A DNA stretch of 64,000 nucleotides, taken from contig CM060731.1 of the NCBI GenBank assembly GCA_030704615.1, positions 8,742,001 through 8,806,000 on the forward strand, read 5' to 3'. The notes under the pieces were generated by a model. It saw nothing but the letters and a program-made list of their open reading frames with translations, did not search any database and was not told the DNA's origin. The position numbers were made by a program, and so were the translations under genes. Below, one piece after another: positions 25,301-35,824 of the stretch. The DNA comes from Takakia lepidozioides (lineage: Eukaryota; Plantae; Bryophyta). Within the stretch, counting starts at the first letter, position 1. The number at the start of each line of letters is the position of its first letter.

Positions 25301-28300
25301 ATTTCTTCGAGCTGAGGGGGAGGCCGAAAAAGTACAACGATCACACAACAAAGTCGGAGACTAGACAATGGAAGATAAATGATTCATTGTGTTTTTTGTT
25401 CATTTTGCTAGAGAACCAAAATATTTTCAAGCTCGGATTTAATGTGACGAACGGAGACCGCATTACGAAGCAGGAGAAACTACAAAAAGAGCTTCAAAAG
25501 GGAGGGTGCTACAATGAACGAGCGGGATGGTTCAGCATTCAGAAATTCGACATGATGAGGTCTTTTGTAATGTGTCTTGTTTGGTAATGAGATGCTTGTC
25601 CAGCTCTTCTTTTCCCAATCTATTTATGTTCTCCACCTGGAATAGTTCCGCAAATGTGCCGCAAAAATACTTGAAACATCATATGATCATGAAAACGTGA
25701 TGTTGCGGAGAACGCTTCCAAAAGTTTTCATGGTCATTGGGTTTTTCAAGGATTTTCTAGGCACACTATTGGAACTGTTCCTGGTGGAGAACATGAACAG
25801 ATTGGACAAATTTAACTTAGAGGAGCACCGCATTCCGAAGCAGGAGACACTACAGAAAGAGCTTCAAATTACAAGGCACAACAAGGTGGACGGAGATGAA
25901 TTGGCAATCGAATCATCATTTGGAGTATAGTATAATTGATATGATAGTTGTGACTTTTGTTTCATCTCATAAATCAAATATCAAATATCGAATGAAATGT
26001 CTAATTTTGGCCTTGATCATTTTCGCAGGAATTTATGCAAGCATGTCAACTCATACTGGAGATGAGTAGCATGAAGGAGGCCATGGTTCTGGTTCTCTGT
26101 GACGAAGACGTATGGAACCTGTGGGAGGAAGTGTTCAAACAGTGGGAACAAGGAAAGTTTATTGATATTTTTGGGATTCAATGCAAGGGTGAACAGCTAC
26201 TGCTACATAAAACCGCTATCGCGAAACTGCAAAGACTTAATAGCAGGCAGTTGAAAAGAGTGGCGGAGAAAATCCTCAATAGGGACATTTGCATTCGGGG
26301 AACGAAATTCAAGGGCGCGGACAAATCCAAAAATACAATGAGCGCGTATATTGACCAAATGAAATTGCGATGGTTTATTATCGACGATGTAATGGAAGTC
26401 TTAGGGTGGTCTCAGAGGAGCAAGCAGAACCCGGAACCGTATACCAAACATGAGTGGCGTAATGTGAAAAAAAAAAAATACAACTTCAACAAAGCTGAGT
26501 TTGAAACTTTTCGAGATCGGCTCGGGAACGACTACATTGTAAGCAAACAGAAGTTGAATATGGAGACGCAGCCAATGACTGCTGCCTTCATAAAATATGT
26601 CTTGTTGTGGATAGCCAGAATGCCCTAGTGATTCTACGTACGAGCTTCAGGTCCCATTACACACAGCTGGGGGGGAACCAAAAATTTGTTGATGCAAGAT
26701 CACAGTTGGGACTTGCACCGAAGAAACGGTTCGACGACATATCGATGGTGTTCGTCAATACAGTTTGTGATGATGACTATGTTGTCTTCAAGGCAAAGGA
26801 CTACTCCAATATCCTTGATGCTTTTGTGGCTCGGAAGCTCATGTCGAGTGCTTTTGTGTTTTTATCGACACAAGAAGCTGCACGACTATATTCTCCTAGA
26901 CAGTCCTCTGCCTCGACTACGTATTTCCGGCAACAGCTGAGGACATGGTGAATCCGGACGATCACATTCAAACTGTTTTGTTAACCCCGGACCCAATTAA
27001 TCCCGTTATCCAAGGGCCAGATGTAGACCCGACCTCGCAGGAGAATGAGTGCAGGACTTACACTCATGAGCTGAGGGCGGACACCTACGATTACCTGGGT
27101 TTTTTTTTTTGCAGGGACGGGATGTCTTATGTGAACGTTTTCGGAGGAGTGGCAATGACATACGTTCTGCTTGTAAGTGGATTTTGTTTCGTTTTGGAAT
27201 TGTCTGTGTTTGTAGTTTGCCGGATTTAACTTTCCTATTTTTTCTACGTTGTCGGAATAGGGTGTTTAACCAGTGTCTGTTTTTTTCTATTGTTAACCTC
27301 CACTGGACAGTGGAGGTTCATGTTACTGGAATTCTGGGTGTTTTGGGTGTTTGTTATTCAGGAGTTTGGTGTGTTTGCTAGTTGTCTAAAAAGAAAGCCT
27401 AACCCTTTCAATCTTTCGATGGTTGCAGTTCAGCGGATTTATTTTGATTTCATTGTTTGGTTTCATTGCAGGAAAGAAATATTTGTGTGCTTGATATAAA
27501 CTATATAACGAATTTTTTTTTTTGTAGAAGCAAGGTGGAGCTTATTTGAAGACGCTCCAGATTGACAATCAGACTATCGCAGGAGACGGAGATGACGGAG
27601 ATGACGGAGACTCACTGCAGGATGACAAAGTGGACGAAGAAGAGGATGGCGAAGGACACGACAAGGAGCAGGACGAGGAAATGGAGGAGAAACAAGAACA
27701 AGACGAGGAGGAGGAGAAAGACGAACATGAAGACGAAGATGAGAACATGGAAATCGTCACCGAAGACCAGGTGCAGATGCGACTGATGTGGGAAAGGGAA
27801 AGAGAGGGCCTGAAATTTTTTGGGTTAGATAAACTAGGTAGTACTCCAAATACCCAAGAACGCGTTGCGCCACAAAGTGTACACAATCTGGACAGCTCTT
27901 CCTCCAGTTTCAATAACACCACGAATCAAAATCCGGCTTCTCCAGGGGGACAAGAAGCGACATCGACGGAGTTAGTTGAAACCTTCGGTCAAGGGTTCAC
28001 ACATGTGGAAGGTGACGAGCCATTGATTATGTCACCGGATCCCGCCCTCCGGATCAGTAGTGAGTCGAAGTATTGAAGGCTTTTCGAGGGTTCACGATGG
28101 TGCTCAAATTGAGGGTGGATCCTCAGTCAGACCCTTCTCCTCTCGGGAAGCGGGCAACACTCTTCTCCTCTCGGGTCCTCCTGGGTGTAAAGTCCAAGGT
28201 GCAGGTGAAGAACAGAAATATCCCAGAAACTTTATCGACCTTTCCCAACATTCCTCACCTTCCCCGTTCAGTACGCAGGGTCTGGTCTATCCAACCCGCA

Positions 28301-30385
28301 GGGCAACCGTCGGGGACTCGGCTACGGCTCCGCTGTACCTTGTTCCGTCTCTTCCTCGCATATCTCCCCAGCACGAGGGTTGGACAGCCCAAATATGCAA
28401 ACTCATTTCTCGCTCTTTGCTCATTCTCCTAGTTTCACTTAGTTTGGGATCTGATATTCATCTGTCGCTCCAAGTCAGAACATCTGCAGATTATGACCTT
28501 CCAGTCAAACGACGTCTGCATTGGAATGCAGTTTCGAGATAAATTATTCCTTCGTTGCGTTTTCATTCCATCCAGGATGTCGAGTGCTCAAGAGATAATT
28601 TTCTGTGCTTGCATGTTGTTGCCCCTCCACTCCCTCCGTCGTTCAATGGCAAAACATCTCTAACATCGACACAGCCTGACCCTGAACTGGTGGCACATGT
28701 TCTGCACCAAAGAGGCGAAAAAGAGCCCCCGAGCCATTTCCTTCCTCTGCAGGAAATCTCTCCAATGGACAAAAGGCTGACAAGAAAAAAAGAGCAGACT
28801 CCAAACGCATGAGGACTCCCTCGGATGTTGTGGCACCTCGTCAATCCAAGCCCGCGGGAATCCACTGTTCCTCTGCGAACCTTCAATGGTAAATTTCAAA
28901 ACCATTTCTCCACTTTCGTTTGCAGTTTGTTTTGCGGTCCCAAACTAACTCCGTAATTTTTATACAAGCAAGTATGGAGCCGCAGAACTTCTTGAATGCG
29001 CCTCCGGACATGGTGCGTCCACTAACCTCCACTTGATAGCCGACGTTCATCTTTTCATGATCTCGAACTCTTCAATATATCGTCTACTCTTGGTCCTTTA
29101 CAGTAGTCCATTGTCGGGACACTTATGTCTCGGCAAACGTAGAGGTCACTCTGAAACGAAGAAACACTACATCGTGTTGTTTCTGACGGCGGGAACACTT
29201 AAATTCATTTCCTTAAATTGCGCAGGATGGCATCGTCCATCAACCTTCATCTGCCACATCGGGGAAGAGGAAACGGATGTTGTTATTGAGTGTCAACGGA
29301 CTCCTCTGCTACCGGCCACCTCCAACCGGCGGTGAATTGTTTAAGGAGAGATTTCGTTTCAGGAAAGTTACAGTTCATGTTCCCGACAGACCTTTTGTGG
29401 TTCCCCGGCCTGGAGTCTTGGAGTTTCTCAACCTTGCGTTGATGCAATTTCACGTGGCAATTTGGTTAATGTGCTGAAAGAGATGTTCTTTGTAGGATGC
29501 TCGAGTGCTTAGTTGCAATTGCGAAGAAGTTTTGCTTCATCTGGTTAGCTGAGGATTGCAAAGACACTACCGGTTATATCATGCCTGGGATGATATCTCG
29601 TTAAGGATATTCGCACTGTTCTTGCCAAGTACCCTGGTACACCCTTTGCAACGCAAGGACAAATACTCCTTGTCAATGATGAGCCATCAAAAGGCCTCAG
29701 AAACCCACCAAATATTGGATTCTTCCATATTTCATACAAGCCATCACCAAAGGGCTTGGTTGACCAGGATGATATGACAAAGGCTGTGTGGCCATATATA
29801 TTGAAAATGGCTGCAGCTTCAACAGTCGTAGATTACATTAGTGAGAACCCTGCCAAGTGTTCTCGTAAGCCTATTGGTTGCGACCACGCCTATTGGGCTT
29901 GCTATAGAAGATATGTTGATCCTTGTGTTTGGATCCCACAACAAAAGGAACCTGATTACCTTGATATGTACTTATCCCATTGTTTGTTGTTTATGGAGAA
30001 TTTGATCTTGAAAGTGTCTTCCACTTGCACTTTTATCTTATCATTTCTTCTACAAATGTTCCACATTTCAGCTGACATTTGTCATATGAAAAATTGTTTT
30101 GCCCAGTCACATTCAAGTAGCGAATTCGTAAAGAAAAAGAAGAGTTTCGTGAATGGCAAGAATGGCGGGCTTCCCGGCAGGCTTCAAGGGCATCAAAAGA
30201 TTCAACAAGTAGAGTTCCAAGTAACATTTCGGATGATAATGTTACTACTAGGTTCGAGTTCTCCGAAAGTATTTCCGTTTCCTCTGGTGCGGAGACCGGT
30301 GGTTGTGGTAACCGGAGGTGTCTTCAAACATATGCCTTGACTGCGAGCCGTTTGGGAGGAGGCTCTGTAATATTAATGGGTTAGT
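22335..30385 (+). pseudogene. Multi-exon accessory gene: ParB/Srx-like, MTase-like fold, acidic tract and FCP1/NIF-type HAD phosphatase-like domain (may be more than one gene)
   Basis: Exons at ~23988-24993, 25123-25374, 26029-27172, from 27472, ~29226-29967 and ~30106-30385. Motifs RPLN...FVIGGQH; FCRDG.SYVNVFGG...LL|ERNICVLDIN; LLLSVNGLL...RPGVLEFL...FHVAIW...LLVNDEPSK..RNPP. Confidence 0.7.
23106..23696 (+). pseudogene. Small acidic protein with C-terminal Pol II CTD-like repeats (197 codons, one internal stop)
   Basis: Reading through TAG at 23451-23453 gives SPGYSPDSPQY...SLEYVAADSLGYVPADSPQYVPDDSLEFISGDSPTY...EYSPE. AATAAA at ~23835. Confidence 0.6.
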
Positions 30386-32084
30386 GTAAGCCGTTGTATG
30401 GCTTCGAGCTGCTGAATAACATTAAGTCCAACGGATGTACAGTTGACGTTACATTATGTTTGACTGCAACGCCAAAGTTGCAATCTCTAATAAAATATGA
30501 ATGTTTATCATCAATGTATGCGGACTCATTCTTTCATGTCATCCTCTTCATCACATGCCATGATTGTTCTATGTTTGGTTTTGTACGTCATCTAATTATG
30601 GCAACCATTTTGTGCAAAAAGTTTTACATATCTGACCTTACATCATGGTGTAATTTATTGCATCCTCCCATTTTTTTCATGAACGTCAACTTGGCAGTGG
30701 ATGTTCTTCTAAAACCACAATACATACTTATATTGTCTCCAAAAAATGTTTGGAGGATTATTGTTCATGGTTATATTGTGCATAAAATAGCCAAATAATC
30801 ATATATATCACTTTATTTCAATAATAAATTTTATTTATTCATATTTCTCATATTATTTCTGAACCAAACAAAAGTCCAGAATTAGTTAAAATAATGTTAT
30901 AACATTGATTGGGGACTAGGACCAAGGAGTAGATATAAGTTTTGCCCCTATCCAAGTCAATGAAAATCAACTACCAAAATGCTCATCATTCGGTAGTCGT
31001 CATAAAATTAACATCTAACGTTCATCATCCAATTGAAAATACCCCTGCATATAGATTACTTCTCAATTTTATCATATGTATACGTATATACATTTTAATT
31101 ATAAAAACCCCTTAAATAATTGATATAATTTAATATTTGTAGAAATAATATACCTATCTATGTAGGTGTTTTTAATATTATTATCAACCATTTGGGGCAA
31201 CTGTGGAAGAGTGACTTGAGATGGCGCAAGACAGCAAGAAATGTAGGAGGAAAATATAATGTGTCCTTAACCAGTGCAACGAAAAAAAATGATTGTTTGT
31301 AATGAACATCAAATCCGCAAACCCTCAGTCCACAAATATATGTACCAATTATCACTATACTATACCTACTTCTTGTAATATTAACCCCAAAATATGTATA
31401 TAAACAGATTTTTTTCATACCCTGTCATGTATGTATATAATGTTACATATGGGGATAATTAAAAATACCCCTTCAGTACACTCAGGTGGCTGGGATAGGA
31501 TTGGTCAGCGCACCCCCCCCCCCCCCCCAGGATTTAGCAAAAGGGCAACAACTTCTCTTCTTCATAGAATTGTTGACTTGATGAGGAGACCTCTTCCCCG
31601 CCAAAAAGAAAACATTTAGATTTTGGCCCCCTTGTTTGGTCGTCAATAAGCAAAGTGGAAATCAGATTTTGGTATGGTTTCAAACAATGGAATGTAGTTT
31701 ACTTGTAGTGGCATCAAAGCCTCCATATGCTTGTTACTATCGTATCAATATTTTTGATCAAGTGCGCAAGTAATATCAATATACACCGATTTTTAAAACA
31801 AAAATACTAGACCAGTATTGATAAGGCCCTGTTATCAGTTTTTCAAAATTCTTGCTATTGATACCACTAAATACCTGGCATAATAAAGTTATCGTTAAGT
31901 CGAGGGGATGCGTGGTGACTCGTTTGGCCAGTTTGGCCAAAAAATAGGATGAACGTCCATGAATATCCAAAGAGTAGGCCCAGAAAGTACAAGCGAAAAA
32001 TATATTGAAGATCAACTCAAAATAATAGGAAAAAATAGCTCAAACGCGTTTTATCCCGTTACCCTCCACGCTTGCCGCTAGGCC

Positions 32085-32680
32085 CTCTGCATCAGTACCC
32101 CAACACCCCTACATGGTGGCCCACGAGTCTGACATGGGGCGGATGTAGAAGACTGGGGACTTGCAGAATTGTTTTCTTATGTTTGATCATGTGAAATGAG
32201 TGAAAGATTGGACGACAATGACTTGTCATGTGTACGATCCAATGTACCAACGAGTTATGACAATTGCAGTTTGTGACATGCAATCCGAGGATAAAGAATC
32301 CCAAAAGCTCATGTGGAATTCCCTGACACGTGTTATGGGCTGCCATCTCCAAATTTCGCTGGTTTCATGGCAGATAGTGCTCAGGCGAATTTCAATGCTG
32401 TTCGAATTGTCTTCGGATCAAGCGACCCAAAGTGCCAATACCGGGAAGAGAGCATACATGTCTATTCCATTGGACACAATCTCTGGAGAAACATACAAAG
32501 TCAGACATCAAACCAGAGATGCAGACACAACACCGTAAATTGTGCAACGAGTACAAAGATGCTTGAACAATGAAGGAGGCGGACACTTTGTTCCAGACAA
32601 TTCGTGCCTGGTGGTTCTCTTCTGAAGCTGCATCGCTTGAGAGTATGAGAGCATTGGAAGATTGGCTGGCGTTTTGTCGT
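32085..32680 (+). pseudogene. MULE transposase fragment related to 17060-17680
   Basis: MFDHVK*VKDWTTMTCHVYDPMYQRVMTIAVCDMQSED...FMADSAQANF...FHW, frameshifted. Confidence 0.85.
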
Positions 32681-33608
32681 TAATCCTTTCGACCTAGCAT
32701 AGGGCCATGCTACTTGTGGTCTGTCCCCACTTTCTTCCGCTGGTGCCAAGTTTACTGGACTTAACGGATAGGCTCAAACTGCCCACCAGAGCGGCATGTG
32801 GCGATGGATCAGAGGGTCAAACAATCCGGGATAACTTATCGGATAACTTTAATGTATACAATATATTTATTGGTACCACCATGGCATTTAAATGTCAAAT
32901 TTTCCCCAATACCAATGCTTCCCTAGTAACACAATCAGACAAAGGCCTCTACACCAATACCAGTCCGGTATGTTCAATGGTACCAGTCCAACACTGTAAT
33001 GAACTCGAGCATGAGTGCCAGTTGTACACTGTATATTTACTCCCGCCTAGTTGCAAATCAAACATTGATCTAATTTTCACTCTTTCCCAACCGTTTTTTT
33101 CAGTTTTAGGGCACTGTAACGAGGGCAGAGCGTGAGTTTCGGTGCTCTAAAATTTATAAAAGCCCAATGTGCCTTTCATGAAGCACTACTTGATGGGCGT
33201 TTCTTTTCCATATTTCTCACTGAAAACTTTCTAATTTTGGTATTTTTATTTAGAAGTTAAATTAGAACCGAAGAGAATAAGAAATTTTCTTTCCAATTTT
33301 GGTACTTTTACTTTTTGTTTTCTTAAAAGATGAGGTATTTCCCTTACTATATTTTCTTTTTCCAATTTTGGTCATTTTATTTTAAAATTAAGTGAACAAA
33401 GAACTCAAAAAAAGATTCAAGGCACTTGTATGTCTAATTTTGGCGCTTTCATCTGAAAGTCAATGAAGAAGAAAAAATGAGGCATTTATCGTTTCTATTT
33501 CTTTCTAATTTTGACCTTTTTATTTTTAACTAGGAGTATCTGATCGGCTAACAGGCTTGCTCTATCTGTTTGTAAGTTCAAAGAATTGATAGATTGGAAA
33601 ATCTTTAC

Positions 33609-34106
33609 CTGGAATTGTATTGTTGGTAGTGAGTACATGGTTAAAGGCTAGCTCGTTATTGAGAAAAATGATATCGCCCTCCGTAAGATTGGCAGCTTGC
33701 AAATAGGCTGTCAAATAGCTGTTGTGGATCGAGGAGAATTCTTTCACAAGCACATTACATGAAGTGTGGTTAGAAGCCCTTGTTTGTGAGGGGAGACATC
33801 CAAGCGGCATCATTTTTCCAAGGGCGAAATATTGAAAGCCGATATTGTACAAGCTCACCACATCGGCAACTATCTGCGTCACCAGCCTTTGAATGAACAC
33901 GAGTAGGTCCTGCGCATCGTATAATGCCACATGGAATATATCTGATTCAACGTGTAGAAGTACTTGATGAAGATTCACAACCCATATAGAAATTTTAACA
34001 GTAGTTTAGACAAATCGTGCTCATAGTAGGGGTTGGAACCACCCTTGACAGGGGGGCAGTAGCCGCAAGGCGAAGTGGCTCTTAGTTACGTCGGCTTCGG
34101 CCGGAG

Positions 34107-34157
<51 letters not shown>

Positions 34158-35155
34158 GGGGTTGGAATTTCAGGATGACAACGAAAAGGGTCCCTGATAG
34201 AAATACCCACCATTCATTCGAGACCTCTATTAAGCTAAATTAACTACATCTCGGTATGTCGCGCCTGCACAAAAGTCTGGTGCATCTACATACATACTTT
34301 GGCTAGTAGATAGAAATTAGTTGAGTACCGCAGCTGTGCCGCCGCCACTTCGAATATAGGCGCCGAAGTCATTGCCACATGTCGAAAGGAGAACAAGGGA
34401 ATTGTAGACTCCTGACTGAAGAATGCCTTGAAATTGTGTTATTTGGGTGGTGAGGTTTGGGAAACCCAGGTTATCAAACGCTCCACTGCCACCCACCGCA
34501 AAGTCTATACCATGGCTTGGAGGTGGCTGAGAGGTATGTTTGATATGGAATGGGAGTCTCGTTCAATCCAAGAGATTGTGCTGCACCATGACAAATTAGA
34601 TGTATATTGTCAGACACCTAGAGCAACTTGACCTCTAGAGAGACATCAATTAAAATTTTCAGCTGAGAAATTCAGATCATTGGATATTTCATGAGGAGAA
34701 GATTAGATCATTTTGGTATGGTGGAGTCGCGATACTCACATGAGTGATCAATCTGGGCATAAGATTTATATAGCTTGAGGTAACACTAAAGTTTTACCTT
34801 ACACTGGACCCTAGGGCCCACAATAACTCGGACACTGGTCAAACTCCTACAAATTGCTACTTGAAATTGTATCCAGGTGTTCAAACGATTAGGAAATATT
34901 GAACAAACATATGCAAATATTGATGGGTACCTAGGAAGTCGGTCAAGACACGCCCATTAGAAAACCTTCCCTTGGGAAACCCAGGCATTGTTTCTCCGTA
35001 AGGCGGCAACCATGGCTGGTTCACCGGTCCTATTACAGTCACTGTCGAGTCTGTCTTGTTGCGGTCACCCGTATCAATATATGAATCTCCAAAAGCAATC
35101 AACGTGGTGAACTTCGATGTAGAGTTGATACTTTGTTGCGCCACAACCGGTGCAG
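33609..35155 (-). pseudogene. GDSL esterase/lipase, blocks I-IV
   Basis: FGDSYIDTG, GRFSNG, DFAVGGSG, GND and PLGCLP. Exons at 35155-34931, 34580-~34329 (frameshift near 34515) and 33909-33609. Confidence 0.9.
34039..34155 (+). mobile_element. SINE/LINE 3' tail with a long (TC)n end, in a GDSL intron
   Basis: 12-bp TSD TAGGGGTTGGAA (34027-34038 / 34156-34167). Confidence 0.9.
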
Positions 35156-35824
35156 CTGTGCAACATGAACAATATCCACCTCCGTATTAATGATATATCA
35201 TGCAATCTCAGATGGACAAAGAAAATGCATTCATTGCTACTCTTGAGCTGTTGAGATATATGTTGAATACATGTTTGCCAAAGACGACATAGATTAGACC
35301 TACCTGAGTGAGTGGCTATTCTACTTACACACGGTCCTTTTGACGGAGAAATTATCCTAGATGATCAGTTCTTTCCATATCTCCTAATTTATCGAACTGA
35401 TATTTGGACCTATTTGAAACTGAATTTAATTATTTTTGCACAATTGTTGCATGACTAGGACACAGAGCTCCAGCTTGAATGTCTGGCGGATCAAATATTT
35501 AACCTTGGTCATTTGGAAAGCCAGCTAATATTTACCGGGTACATATTAATATCATTCGAGGTATCATCTAAGATAGACAAAGCTATAATACGTACATATA
35601 TGGTACGTAGCTAGAAATCGGTGTACTTCAACAAATTGTAAATTTGAGAAACTCGCTTAATGTCCCCATGTAATCACATGATGTACAATCATCCAACTAC
35701 AAATTAATTACATAAACCTTTCAATCTAGAAGCGTATATGCTTCAACGAGATACTTAGTAGACTAAAATATTATTATCACAACAGGTAAACATTGATGGG
35801 GTGAGAATTTGGACATAGGTTCAG

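Larger units (their letters stand above)
6300..30500. mobile_element. Large Sola-like (DUF7869-type DDE) DNA transposon with a divergent accessory gene module; ends unresolved
   Basis: Transposase on - and accessory genes on +, head-to-head around 21.3-22.1 kb. The shared palindromic motif spans 6318-27318. No TIR or TSD identified. Confidence 0.6.

Noticed and set aside
22335-30385. Endogenous giant-virus or Polinton insertion
   Set aside because: No capsid, packaging ATPase or DNA polymerase was seen. The genes have spliceosomal introns and are linked to a DDE transposase.
32690-32840. Possible structured ncRNA or missing GDSL last exon
   Set aside because: No recognisable ncRNA motif and no WD..HP block in any frame.
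34039-34110. Hammerhead ribozyme call for the shared three-way-junction tail
   Set aside because: The topology resembles type III, but the core reads GCAGUA/GAAG rather than CUGANGA/GAAA with a UH site. It is better explained as a loop-E motif.
35304-35378. Signal-peptide first exon of the GDSL gene
   Set aside because: It has an ATG and a good donor but three in-frame stops and no hydrophobic stretch.
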